From Ignisphaera sp. (GTDB taxonomy: Archaea; Thermoproteota; Thermoprotei_A; Sulfolobales; Ignisphaeraceae), in NCBI GenBank assembly GCA_038821645.1, contig JAWBDT010000013.1, positions 1 to 55,611 of the forward strand: DNA of 55,611 nt, read 5' to 3'. Made by a program: the position numbers and the translations under genes. The notes below the pieces were generated by a model. The model saw nothing but the letters and a program-made list of their open reading frames with translations, made no database searches and was not told the origin of the DNA. Of this stretch, positions 10,638 through 20,313 are shown piece after piece. Within the stretch, counting starts at the first letter, position 1; the number at the start of each line of letters is the position of its first letter.

Positions 10638-10665
10638 AGTGTAACTAGTTACACTAGTGTAACTA
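10638..10665. promoter_or_regulatory. Overlapping palindromes (AGTGTAACT/AGTTACACT/AGTGTAACT), putative operator of the ATPase gene
   Basis: Perfect 18-bp (10638-10655) and 20-bp (10646-10665) palindromes between minus-strand TATA (~10678-10686) and ATG. Confidence 0.6.
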
Positions 10666-10890
10666 CTTCTCAACTCGCTTAAAATACCTTTTAATATATA
10701 AGGATTAACATTGGTAGTTTCATCTAGCTAGAGACCAAGGAGCTACACATCGATACGCTAGCACCCAGCAACCCATATTATTGAAACACCTTAATACTCT
10801 AATGTGTTTATTGACTATTCATGTTGTAGTGTACTGAGATGGGATGCAAATGAAGAAAGTTTTTATATCGCGTTTTCTGTGGCATGTAAT

Positions 10891-11655
10891 GTGATACCGT
10901 TGATATGTATTGAGAAACCTCTAACTTTCCCAAGTAGCGGCTATGAGCTTTCAGCATACATCCATATACCTACACAAAACCCATCATCAGTTGTATTAAT
11001 GCTTCACGGATTTACTGGCAACAAAATAGAAGCAAATAGGTTATTCGTAGATATTTCAAGAGTTCTCTGCAATATAGGTTTAACTGTTCTTAGATTCGAT
11101 TATAGATGCCATGGCGAAAGCCCATTACCTTTTGAAGAATTCAAGCTGGATTACGCTATCGAGGATGCTGAAAATGCTCTGAAATTCATTGAGACTCTCT
11201 ATAAACCTAAGAAGATAGGTTTAATTGGGCTCAGCATGGGTGGTCATATAGCAATTAAAATCACGGCAAAATACCAGAACAAAATCTCGTCAACAGCTCT
11301 TCTTGCACCAGCTATAGATTTCACCAAACTTATTGAAGCGAAAAACATGATACCAAAAATTAACGGGTACTATATCTTTGGCCCTCATCGTCTTAAGGAA
11401 GAAGGGTTAATGAGTATAGCTAAATCAAATGCTATGGATTTAGCAGAAGCAATATCTACCCCAATGCTTATAATACATGCTAAAAACGATAGCGTTGTAC
11501 CCTATACACAGTCTGAAGCCTTCTTCAACAAGCTAAAGTCTACTGATAAGAGGTTAGTGTTACTTGATGAAGGTGAACACGTATTTGTTACATATAGAGC
11601 AAGAACCAAAGTTATTGAAGAACTTATCGATTGGTTTAAATCAAGAATGGTGTAG
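10891..11655 (+). CDS. Alpha/beta hydrolase (esterase/peptidase S9-like)
   Basis: HGFTG, GLSMGG nucleophile elbow, D..VP, GEH; TATA at ~10856-10867 argues for start near 10891-10900 rather than 10804. Confidence 0.88.
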   Translation: MIPLICIEKPLTFPSSGYELSAYIHIPTQNPSSVVLMLHGFTGNKIEANRLFVDISRVLCNIGLTVLRFDYRCHGESPLPFEEFKLDYAIEDAENALKFIETLYKPKKIGLIGLSMGGHIAIKITAKYQNKISSTALLAPAIDFTKLIEAKNMIPKINGYYIFGPHRLKEEGLMSIAKSNAMDLAEAISTPMLIIHAKNDSVVPYTQSEAFFNKLKSTDKRLVLLDEGEHVFVTYRARTKVIEELIDWFKSRMV

Positions 11656-12079
11656 CTGTAACTATTTCCTATAACTACATCAATTTGTTTTTATCACTTG
11701 TTATGAGCTATACCTTAATCATGTACTGTTTCTCGTTCTACTGCTAAGACAAAAGCTTGTGTAATGATGTTGATTCTTTATCACAAGTGTTGCTCTATCT
11801 TAACAAGACTCTAGATCATTGTCTATGTAGTATTCACTTCGTTTAGCTTCTTAAACTTTTCTTCACAAAGCCTAGAGTAACCTGAGAATTCTGGAATCTC
11901 TCTTCAAAATCGCGATATAGTGCTAGAAGAACTGTATACACTAATTCTGATTATTTTGAATTCCTAGAAGTTCTCAAGATGAATTATGTAGATACAGGAA
12001 AAGATTTTAATCATTGTGCAACATACATATTTTATTATAATTATAAACAGAATGTCAATGGCATCTATAGGTGTAAAGA

Positions 12080-13618
12080 GTGGCTTCAGATATAGATCCT
12101 TTAACCATAATGCTTGAAAATATTGCTACAGATCCCTACGACATTTTGAAGTCTATTCCAGCTCCATACAAAGGCCCATTTAAACCTTCCTGGAGTTCCT
12201 TGAAGAACTATAGAGTCCCTAAATGGTTTATGGACTCTAGATTTGGTATATTTATTCATTGGGGTGTGTATTCTGTTCCTGCTTTTGGTAGTGAATGGTA
12301 TCCTAGAAACATGTATATACCTGATAGACCTGAGCATAGATACCATGTAGAGAATTTTGGTTCTCTAACCATATTTGGATACAAAGACTTTATACCGATG
12401 TTTACAGCAGAAAACTGGGATCCAGATGAATGGGCGAAACTATTTAAGAAAAGTGGAGCTAGATTTGTTGTTCTTGTTGCTGAACATCATGATGGTTTTG
12501 CTCTATGGGACTCTAGCTACACTAGATGGTGTTCAGCTAGAATAGGGCCTAAGAGAGATATTGTTGGAGAACTTAGAGAAGCTGTTGAAAGACAGGGACT
12601 AGTATTTGGTATATCATATCATAGAGCTGAACATTGGTGGTTCTTTGACCAAGGCATGAAGATAGAATCTGATGTTAAAGACCCAAAGTACTTCGATCTG
12701 TATGGTCCTGCACAACCGGCATCACTAGACCCTAGAGCACCTCCATCAAAAGATAACATCCCTCCAAACAAAGAGTTTCTTATGGATTGGCTCTTCAGGT
12801 TAGTAGAAATTGTTGAAAAGTATCGTCCATGGCTAGTATACTTTGATTGGTGGATTGCAAATCCATCTTTTCAACCCTATCTAAAAGCTTTTGCAGCATA
12901 CTACTACAATAGGTGTTATAGATGGGGTATAGAGCCTGTTATAGTATATAAGCAGAAGGCATTTGAGGAAGGAACAGCAGTACCGGATCTTGCAGAACGA
13001 GGTACGATAAAGACTATATATCCATCTATATGGCTTGCAGATACATCAGTAGACTACAGATCTTGGGGATTTATAAAAGATGCAGAATACAAGTCTCCCG
13101 AAATACTGATAACACATATGGCTGATGTTGTTAGCAAAAATGGAGTATTTCTTCTTAATATAGGGCCTAAACCAGATGGCGAAATAGCTGAAGAAACTAA
13201 AAGAATACTTCTGGATATTGGAAAATGGTTCAAAGTATATGGAGAGAGCATCTATGGTGTAAAACCATGGAAAGTCTATGGCGAAGGACCTACAGAAATA
13301 AGTGAGGAAGGATTCTTCATAGAGAAAAAACTTGTGTTTACTGATGAAGATGTTAGATACACCTTTAGAGAACACTATCTTGGTTATAACCACATATATG
13401 CAATAGTACTTGGAAAACCAAAAGAAGAGATAATGCTAAAGATTTTTACAAAATACATTAAGCTAATAGAAGACGAGATAGTGGATGTAAATGTAGTGGG
13501 TGTTGAGAAGAAAGTAGAGTGGAGTATAGATACAGAAGGCTTAAAAATAAGATTACCAGTAGATGAAATCAAGATATATCCATATGTTATCAGGATTATT
13601 GTTAAGAAAAACACTTAA
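12080..13618 (+). CDS. GH29 alpha-L-fucosidase
   Basis: PKWF..RFGIFIHWG, AEHHDGF, YFDWW nucleophile, LLNIGP. Confidence 0.93.
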   Translation: MASDIDPLTIMLENIATDPYDILKSIPAPYKGPFKPSWSSLKNYRVPKWFMDSRFGIFIHWGVYSVPAFGSEWYPRNMYIPDRPEHRYHVENFGSLTIFGYKDFIPMFTAENWDPDEWAKLFKKSGARFVVLVAEHHDGFALWDSSYTRWCSARIGPKRDIVGELREAVERQGLVFGISYHRAEHWWFFDQGMKIESDVKDPKYFDLYGPAQPASLDPRAPPSKDNIPPNKEFLMDWLFRLVEIVEKYRPWLVYFDWWIANPSFQPYLKAFAAYYYNRCYRWGIEPVIVYKQKAFEEGTAVPDLAERGTIKTIYPSIWLADTSVDYRSWGFIKDAEYKSPEILITHMADVVSKNGVFLLNIGPKPDGEIAEETKRILLDIGKWFKVYGESIYGVKPWKVYGEGPTEISEEGFFIEKKLVFTDEDVRYTFREHYLGYNHIYAIVLGKPKEEIMLKIFTKYIKLIEDEIVDVNVVGVEKKVEWSIDTEGLKIRLPVDEIKIYPYVIRIIVKKNT

Positions 13619-14040
13619 CCTGAATACAAAATCACATACTATCTCGCATAGATCTCGACATCAATACTAAACCCTATAGTTTATTTTCATAACGTTTTTC
13701 AGAATTGATACATATATCACACCTAATTAAATCAATAAATTCAGATGTTCTGAATTACTCAAATTGACTCTAGCCATAGGGTTTCGAACAACTTAGACGT
13801 TCTAGTCATACAGCGAAACTAAATACTTGCTATTATCCTACTTCAATATAATCTAAATGAGTTAATGATGTTAATCAAGAAGAAAAGTAGAAAGAAATAA
13901 CAATTCTTTTCGAATCTGTATAAGACTATCATAGGTGTTATTAAATTAGTGAATATTGCTACGAGGAATAATATCACGATAAGAAAACGTCATTCTTGCA
14001 AAATTGAGGAAGACAACTTGAGTAACTAAAAGTTTAAATT

Positions 14041-14070
14041 TGTGCACTTATTTATGTATTAATGTGCACT
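14041..14070 (+). promoter_or_regulatory. Tandem TGTGCACT boxes just downstream of a BRE/TATA (AAAAGTTTAAA), putative operator
   Basis: Identical 8-mers at 14041 and 14063 (22-bp spacing), each with a GTGCAC palindrome. Confidence 0.4.
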
Positions 14071-14071
14071 G

Positions 14072-14434
14072 GTGAATAATGTGGCATGCTTCATTACACC
14101 ACTACTAGTTGGTATTAGTGTATATATTTTGGGAAAGAGATTAAGGATATACAATAGATTGAGACTCGATATATTGGTTTATCTCCTAATTGGTGGAGCT
14201 CTAGTTCTTGCTGCTGAACATGTTTGGCATGGCGAGATAGTTCCGTATCCACCATTTTTAACAGCTATGAAGAGTGTAGAAGAGATCTCTATAGCGTTAC
14301 ATGAAATTAGTACTGTAGGGAGTACAATGACTTTTGCTGTAGCTATGTTATGGCTCGGAACTTTATACATCTCAAGAACTATTGTAGTTAAAACCTCATC
14401 TATAGCGAAGATTGGTGTAACATCAAGAGCCTAG
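14072..14434 (+). CDS. Small membrane protein (about 3 TM)
   Basis: Hydrophobic segments; AEHVWHGE..PYPPFLTAM motif. Confidence 0.7.
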   Translation: MNNVACFITPLLVGISVYILGKRLRIYNRLRLDILVYLLIGGALVLAAEHVWHGEIVPYPPFLTAMKSVEEISIALHEISTVGSTMTFAVAMLWLGTLYISRTIVVKTSSIAKIGVTSRA

Positions 14435-14442
14435 CGAATGGT

Positions 14443-14712
14443 GTGTCTATGTATTTTATAGCGCTTTCACTACTTGCAATTATTTCAAGTTTTCTATGGT
14501 ACAGAAATAGGGAGAACAATAGGTATAGACTAGATGTATTATCCTTAATATCTGGTGGAGCTGCAGTAATGTTTTTAGTTGATTCTCTTTATAGATACCT
14601 AGAGGAAGGTATCTTTATAGAATTCTCGACTGAGACACTAACATTAAGTGGGCTACTTGTGTTGGTAGCAGTTTCTCTATGGCTTGTGACACTCATAATT
14701 AAAAGAATATAA
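14443..14712 (+). CDS. Small membrane protein (about 3 TM), resembles upstream ORF
   Basis: Hydrophobic; RLDVLSLISGGAAV vs RLDILVYLLIGGALV. Confidence 0.7.
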   Translation: MSMYFIALSLLAIISSFLWYRNRENNRYRLDVLSLISGGAAVMFLVDSLYRYLEEGIFIEFSTETLTLSGLLVLVAVSLWLVTLIIKRI

Positions 14713-14819
14713 ATAGTATAGATCAATCAAGATCAATATGATAGTAATATCGATGGTTTATTGATATAGATATTTGTGTCTAATGTCTGAGGTTCATAAT
14801 GCTTATAGCGTAGTTTTGT

Positions 14820-15572
14820 GTGGAATCATTTAGGTGTAGATACTTGTTGGAACGGTTTTCTAGAAAACATCTAGGTAGGGTTACAGGTATTGGTTACACT
14901 TTGGAAGGTAAGTACAATAAGAGAATTCTCAATGTGTTAGCTGATGAACATCTATTCTATGAATCATTCATAATTTTGTATGGTTTCGCTAGACAGAAGA
15001 TTTATACGAAATTGAAGGCATTCTATACGAATACTCCATATGATCGTGGAGCAGTATTTCTATATGGTTCTACAATAGTTCAAACACCTATAACACTTTT
15101 CGTAAATCTTGAGTCTAGATGTATTAATGAAAGTGATGTTGAAAGAGCTATTGAGTTAATTAATTCTGGTCGCTATTCTCTATATATCTCTACACCATTT
15201 ACATCTAATGAATTAACATCATTATATAGGGAGAGGATACAAGGTATACTGAAGGATCTTGGTGTAGGGAGAGGACTGATACATCCTTCTTATTCACTTG
15301 TGGTAGGAAGTAATAGACTGTTTAGAGATTCATTAAATAGTCTATTGGGTTCAGAAATCTTAGTAGCCTTAATGACGGAAGTAGTAGTAGGTAGAGATAG
15401 TATTATGATTGAAAATAATGAATGTATAGATCAAGTATCTAGAAAGATTAAGGGTTTTGAGAAAATATATATTGAAAAACTTGCTAAAGATGTACTAGAT
15501 ATGCTTGAAGCTAGAAAAGTTATTGATTTAGAGCAGAAGAAAAGATACTTGAACATGTTGGTGAGAACATAA
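14820..15572 (+). CDS. Hypothetical protein
   Basis: 250-aa ORF ending 1 nt before the RCK gene. Confidence 0.65.
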   Translation: MESFRCRYLLERFSRKHLGRVTGIGYTLEGKYNKRILNVLADEHLFYESFIILYGFARQKIYTKLKAFYTNTPYDRGAVFLYGSTIVQTPITLFVNLESRCINESDVERAIELINSGRYSLYISTPFTSNELTSLYRERIQGILKDLGVGRGLIHPSYSLVVGSNRLFRDSLNSLLGSEILVALMTEVVVGRDSIMIENNECIDQVSRKIKGFEKIYIEKLAKDVLDMLEARKVIDLEQKKRYLNMLVRT

Positions 15573-15573
15573 A

Positions 15574-16293
15574 ATGAAGATATTTATCGCTGTCAGTAGA
15601 AGATATGCTAGATCGTTAATTGAAGTAATATCTTCACTCAAACCCAAGCCTTATGTAGTAGTAATGAGTTATGATGATGATGTCGAGATTTTGGCTAGAT
15701 CTATGGGTTTTGAGTTTATGAAGATAAAAGATATAGAGAAAATCTATACATATGAGAAGCTGGAAGAGTTTGATGTAGCTATAGCTGCTTTAGATGATGA
15801 TGTAATGAATGTAGCATGCATAAGAATTGCCAAATCTATGGGTATACCTATAGCTATGTCTCTTATGCATAACGAGATGAATAAAGATTCTCTTATGAGA
15901 GAGGGAGTACAAAATATTATAAACTTGAACAATTTCATAGCAGAGAACATAAAGTTTGCCCTAATGTCTGATGTATGGATAACGATAGAGATAGTACCTA
16001 TGTATAGAATAGTTGCAGCATTACATAAATTAGTTAAAAGGAGTGTACTTGGGCTAGATTTAAAGGTGCTGAAGGAAGCTATAGATATTCGAGATGTAGG
16101 TGTATTCGCTATAGATAGCATGGGTAGATTTATAGGTGAGGATAGAGTTCTAGAAAGCGGCGATATAATAGTTGTTATTGGTGCTGAAGATAAGGTTCTA
16201 AAGACTGTTACTAATATCGAGAAAATTTTCAGAAGATATGAACAGATCTACAGCATTAGGTATTCAGATATTCAGAGGATTGGTTATGGGTGA
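15574..16293 (+). CDS. TrkA/RCK-domain protein (degenerate nucleotide-binding motif)
   Basis: DVAIAALDDDVMN..C..AKSMG; RCK_C-like DRVLESGDIIVVIG. Confidence 0.75.
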   Translation: MKIFIAVSRRYARSLIEVISSLKPKPYVVVMSYDDDVEILARSMGFEFMKIKDIEKIYTYEKLEEFDVAIAALDDDVMNVACIRIAKSMGIPIAMSLMHNEMNKDSLMREGVQNIINLNNFIAENIKFALMSDVWITIEIVPMYRIVAALHKLVKRSVLGLDLKVLKEAIDIRDVGVFAIDSMGRFIGEDRVLESGDIIVVIGAEDKVLKTVTNIEKIFRRYEQIYSIRYSDIQRIGYG

Positions 16294-16299
16294 ATCCTA

Positions 16300-17052
16300 A
16301 TGAACGAACTATGGCACATGTTTTCACCTTATATCAGTAGAATTATAGCAATTGCTGTAGTAGTTATTGTGGTGTACATTCTAGTCAAGGTGTTAACGAA
16401 GTTGGCGAGCCTCATCTTGAAGGGTGTTGAGCCTAGTTATACCGTAAGAGTTGTAGAGTCAATTAAGATAGGTCTATACGTAATAGCTGCAATAATAGTT
16501 GCAGCTATTCTAGCACCTGAAACCCAGGTGTTTGCTGGTCTTCTCTTTTTGATAGGATTGTCATTAATGTTCATGTTCATTGATGTTTTAAGAAATCTCG
16601 GAAGCGAATTCTATATAAGGTCTAAAGGTATTGTTAGAAGAGGTGAATGGATAGAAGTAGATGGTGTAAGTATAAGGGTAATAGATTTTGATGCTGTAGG
16701 TATTCTAGGCGAAACACAAAAGCTTGAGAAAGTCTTCATACCCTATACAAAACTTTTGAACAGTATCACAATAAATAGGGTTACACCATTTGGTTTACTT
16801 GTCAGAATTTTTGTAGATATTCCTCAAACCTATGGTATAGATAGTGCAAGAAACAGCGTGATTGAGGCATTGAAAATAGTTGAAGAGGATCTAGCTACAG
16901 AACCTGATGTAACCTATGTAGGAAGTAAGGGAGGTATGCTGAATTTTGTTGCAGAATTCCATATAATAAACTATAGAAAATTAACAAAAATACTTTCGGT
17001 AATCGAGAAAGAGATTAAGAACAGGATACCTGAAGCAGTTATACGGATATAA
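16300..17052 (+). CDS. Small-conductance mechanosensitive channel (MscS family)
   Basis: 3 TM helices then RGEWIEVDG...VFIPY..L...I.N beta domain. Confidence 0.8.
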   Translation: MNELWHMFSPYISRIIAIAVVVIVVYILVKVLTKLASLILKGVEPSYTVRVVESIKIGLYVIAAIIVAAILAPETQVFAGLLFLIGLSLMFMFIDVLRNLGSEFYIRSKGIVRRGEWIEVDGVSIRVIDFDAVGILGETQKLEKVFIPYTKLLNSITINRVTPFGLLVRIFVDIPQTYGIDSARNSVIEALKIVEEDLATEPDVTYVGSKGGMLNFVAEFHIINYRKLTKILSVIEKEIKNRIPEAVIRI

Positions 17053-17121
17053 CTACATTGCAACACTGCTGTTATTATTGAACGTGGGTGAATAAAGTTA
17101 CCGAGCTCTGATCATAGAGAA

Positions 17122-18312
17122 TTGATATGGATTAAGTACTACTGGATATGGGTTATACACTCAATTTTCTACAGCTTTGCATTCACATTTTCTACAGCAT
17201 TCTATCAAGCATATGCTATAAGGGTTTTAGGCTATAGTGTAGATGAGTTAGGCAATATAACATTCCTGAATCTTGCAGCAATATCTTTGGGTAGCTTTGT
17301 ATCACCTATTCTTGTAAATAGGTATAGGCATAGAAGAGTTGTTTTATGGAAGGTTTTCACATCGTTAAACATAATTTCGTGGTCGTTATCTGGATTCTCA
17401 GATATTGTATCACGCTATATGTTATTCTTTTACATAGCTTTAGCACAATTTACTGGTGCTATAGGTGGAATGGCTTATTCAGATCTAATAGCAGATATGA
17501 TACCAAAGGAGAAATCTATAAAGATCTTTAGCAAAGTGAACACATATACAACGTTATCTTCATTAGTATCTCTATCTATATCAGTATCTATATTTGTTGG
17601 TCTTGGAAGCTCTATTGTGTCATACAGAATATGCTATTCTATGACTATAGTATCTGCAATAATCTCTGCAGCATTTCTATGGAAAATGAAGGATCTAGTC
17701 CAAAAGAAGAATGAAATGACATCTGTAAAATATGTGATTAAGGTATACAGAGATATTGTTCGCAAAGATGTTGCTAGAGGCTATGTAGTATTCATTTCTT
17801 TATTTACATTCTTTGCTAATATGCCGGCAGCTCTATGGAACTACTACATAATAAAGGTATTCAATGGAACAGAACTATGGATCTCGGTGAATAATATAAT
17901 GAACTTAGTTGCAGGTACGTTAGGTAATTATCTTTTGAGTAAGGTTTCACATAGACTCAATCCGAAGAAGACGATAGTATATTCAATCATACCTATATCT
18001 TTTGTACCTACAATCTTTCTGTTCTCGTCTACATTATCTGCGCAAGCTGTGATGAATCTTTACTCAGGCTTGAGTTGGACGGGATTTAATCTGATTGTGA
18101 ATATCTACAACCTTTATCTCGCCGGAGAGAAAAGAGTATACATGATAGCTCTTCTAGGTGTTCTAAACAATCTAGCAGCTTCTATAGCCTCAAGATTAGG
18201 CTCAGCTATAGCTTCTATAAATCTTCTAGCAATGCAGATGGTATTCGTAATGTCAACCATAGGTAGATTGTCGATGTACTTCTACGCTAGAAAAAACCTG
18301 CCCAACATATAG
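17122..18312 (+). CDS. MFS transporter
   Basis: About 12 hydrophobic segments; RYRHRR loop; IADMIPKE. Confidence 0.8.
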   Translation: MIWIKYYWIWVIHSIFYSFAFTFSTAFYQAYAIRVLGYSVDELGNITFLNLAAISLGSFVSPILVNRYRHRRVVLWKVFTSLNIISWSLSGFSDIVSRYMLFFYIALAQFTGAIGGMAYSDLIADMIPKEKSIKIFSKVNTYTTLSSLVSLSISVSIFVGLGSSIVSYRICYSMTIVSAIISAAFLWKMKDLVQKKNEMTSVKYVIKVYRDIVRKDVARGYVVFISLFTFFANMPAALWNYYIIKVFNGTELWISVNNIMNLVAGTLGNYLLSKVSHRLNPKKTIVYSIIPISFVPTIFLFSSTLSAQAVMNLYSGLSWTGFNLIVNIYNLYLAGEKRVYMIALLGVLNNLAASIASRLGSAIASINLLAMQMVFVMSTIGRLSMYFYARKNLPNI

Positions 18313-18405
18313 CGTAACACTATCCAGTTATCCCCAAGCAGTACATGAAGTAAGTTTTAAGTCTCTGTAACATGCTATCTAGGTGTAATATATGGAGCAG
18401 TAAGG

Positions 18406-19131
18406 ATGAACGAGATGTTGTTTAGAAGACCAAACATATGGGATAAACCTATCACATTGTTTACTGTAGATGGAATTACTGTACATATTGTTCAGTCAAG
18501 AGATTCCACTCATACCATTTTTAAAGCGACATATGGTGCAGAAAAACTTTTGATACCATTGAAGGGGTCTGTAGAGTTTATGGATATATACGCTAACGAG
18601 AAAGATATAATCTATATTCCGAGAAGATATAGCGATGTGGAGTTATCATATGAAAGAGGTTCAGTAATATATTTAATTGAAGTAGTGTCAAATAGCGATT
18701 TCGAGCCTTATGTCAAGAGGTTTAGCGAAGCTCGGTACATAGATGTAGGTGACGGTTTATCGCGTAGGAGAAGGTACATACTAATCGATGTAAATGACAG
18801 ATCAGAAAAGTTTTTAGCTGGATTTACAGAATGTTGCTCAGGTTGTTGGGGTTCATATCCACCGCATAGACATGATGATAAGTATGAGGTATTTGTTTAC
18901 TATGGTTCTGAACATGGTTTCGGAATCCAGCTACTTATTGATGAAGATATTCAAGAAGCATACATAGTGAGAGATTTTGATGTGTTTCTAGTTAAATATG
19001 GATACCATCCAAATGTTTCGATACCTTCAACAAGACTGAATTATCTCTGGGTAATGATATCTGTTAAAGGTGCTAGAGATTTCTCTATGCATATTCATCC
19101 CATGTTTAGCGAAGATAGAAAACATAAGTGA
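18406..19131 (+). CDS. IolB/KduI-family cupin (5-deoxy-glucuronate isomerase-like)
   Basis: WGSYPPHRHD..E, GFG.Q, GYHP, YLWVM. Confidence 0.8.
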   Translation: MNEMLFRRPNIWDKPITLFTVDGITVHIVQSRDSTHTIFKATYGAEKLLIPLKGSVEFMDIYANEKDIIYIPRRYSDVELSYERGSVIYLIEVVSNSDFEPYVKRFSEARYIDVGDGLSRRRRYILIDVNDRSEKFLAGFTECCSGCWGSYPPHRHDDKYEVFVYYGSEHGFGIQLLIDEDIQEAYIVRDFDVFLVKYGYHPNVSIPSTRLNYLWVMISVKGARDFSMHIHPMFSEDRKHK

Positions 19132-19290
19132 TACAGTATAGAAATTTGCAAAGAGGTATAGAAAGATTAGGTAAAACACTTAGCTATAAACACATTCTTA
19201 GAAACAGATTAAACCATTAAAAATATAACACGCTGAACATATAGTGTGTGTTTAGAATGATATATATATAGCACTCTCGATACAGTAGAA

Positions 19291-19359
19291 CCGCAATGGC
19301 TAATGAGGTTCGATGGGCGGACTGAGAGATGATGAATTACTGTAGAACTAAAGCCGCGG
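19291..19359 (+). ncRNA. C/D box sRNA, predicted guide for 16S Cm1402
   Basis: Terminal stem CCGC..GGCT/AGCC.GCGG; guide CGATGGGCGG (19311-20) + CTGA (19322-25) + ATGATGA (19329-35); 10-bp match to 16S 21932-21941. Confidence 0.75.
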
Positions 19360-19415
19360 AAATAGAGAAAACCTAATATAAAGATTTTTATTTTGAGTCC
19401 AAGAATAGATGTTTA

Positions 19416-19489
19416 GGGCCCGTAGCTCAGCCTGGTGGAGCGCCCGGCTGATAACCGGGAGGTCGGGGGTTCAAATCCCCCCGGGCCCA
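19416..19489 (+). tRNA. tRNA-Ile(GAT)
   Basis: Full cloverleaf GGGCCCG...CGGGCCCA; anticodon arm CCCGG CT GAT AA CCGGG. Confidence 0.97.
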
Positions 19490-19596
19490 TTACTTTTAGT
19501 AGCTATACTAGATCAGCTAGATCGGTTAATAGTATTTATAAGCTACTCACCAACAACATATATATGGTTGTTAAAAGAAAGAGATATCAAAATTAA

Positions 19597-19706
19597 GCGG
19601 GGGTGCCCGAGCTCGGCCAAAGGGGGCGGGCTCAAGTATTTTATCGCTTGATGTGGGAGAGACCCGCTGGCGTAGGCCTGCGTGGGTTCAAATCCCACCC
19701 CCCGCA
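19597..19706 (+). tRNA. tRNA-Leu(CAA) with ~25-nt intron (about 19637-19661, position 37/38)
   Basis: GCGGGGG...CCCCCGCA, long variable arm, GCGGG CT CAA G [intron] A CCCGC. Confidence 0.93.
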
Positions 19707-19842
19707 TCACAATTATCAATATAATAGTTCTGGTAAGAGGCTATAGATAGTTATAGGTATGAATCTGATAAAGTGATGTAGCATTGATGCTAATATTTCT
19801 GTAGTTTTTAGCAGATTAACTCTAGATAGGGTTGTTGTAGAT

Positions 19843-20043
19843 ATGAATTACAGTCAAGAAAATGAAGAGACTTGTGGATGGATAATGAAGTGTACTATCT
19901 GTGGAACACTCTGGATTCTAGAAGTCAGTTTTGACATAAGAGATACCAAAAGACTTTATCATTTCTGTAGAAAATGTAGATCCAATACGTTTCACGAAGT
20001 TTTAGGGAGAAAGGAAAAGAGATCAAAATCTGAAACTAAATAA
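19843..20043 (+). CDS. Small Zn-ribbon protein
   Basis: CTIC...CRKC...TFH. Confidence 0.7.
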   Translation: MNYSQENEETCGWIMKCTICGTLWILEVSFDIRDTKRLYHFCRKCRSNTFHEVLGRKEKRSKSETK

Positions 20044-20083
20044 TGCTTTTAACCCTAGTTGTATTATTAACATTATTTGTGGT

Positions 20084-20159
<76 letters not shown>

Positions 20160-20301
20160 AACATCATTCTATGCAACATCATGAAAGTATGTCTTTTAGT
20201 GACTTGTAGTATTGATATGTTCATGTAAACAAGTTTTAGCTTAGCTAAACTTTATCCAAATATAGATATCATCATATGTAGTTTAATTGTTTTTGTATAA
20301 T

Positions 20302-20313
20302 AAAGCTTATAAG
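20302..20313 (+). promoter_or_regulatory. BRE/TATA promoter upstream of rRNA leader
   Basis: AAAGCTTATAAG ~35 nt before the GC-rich leader. Confidence 0.6.

Noticed and set aside
17088-17111. GTGAATA-AAGTTACCGAGCT-CTGA as a half C/D guide to tRNA D-loops
   Set aside because: No convincing C box or first half; could be an SD region or chance
19409-19651. 80-aa ORF (also 29288-29482 on the minus strand)
   Set aside because: These overlap tRNA genes; artefacts
19750-19800. CTGA...GTGATGT after tRNA-Leu as a C/D sRNA
   Set aside because: Outer boxes missing; best rRNA match is only 7 bp
20231-20252. Near-palindrome AAGTTTTAGCTTAGCTAAACTT as a DtxR/MntR box
   Set aside because: Not next to metal-related genes; TTAGCTAA-type words recur in several intergenic regions
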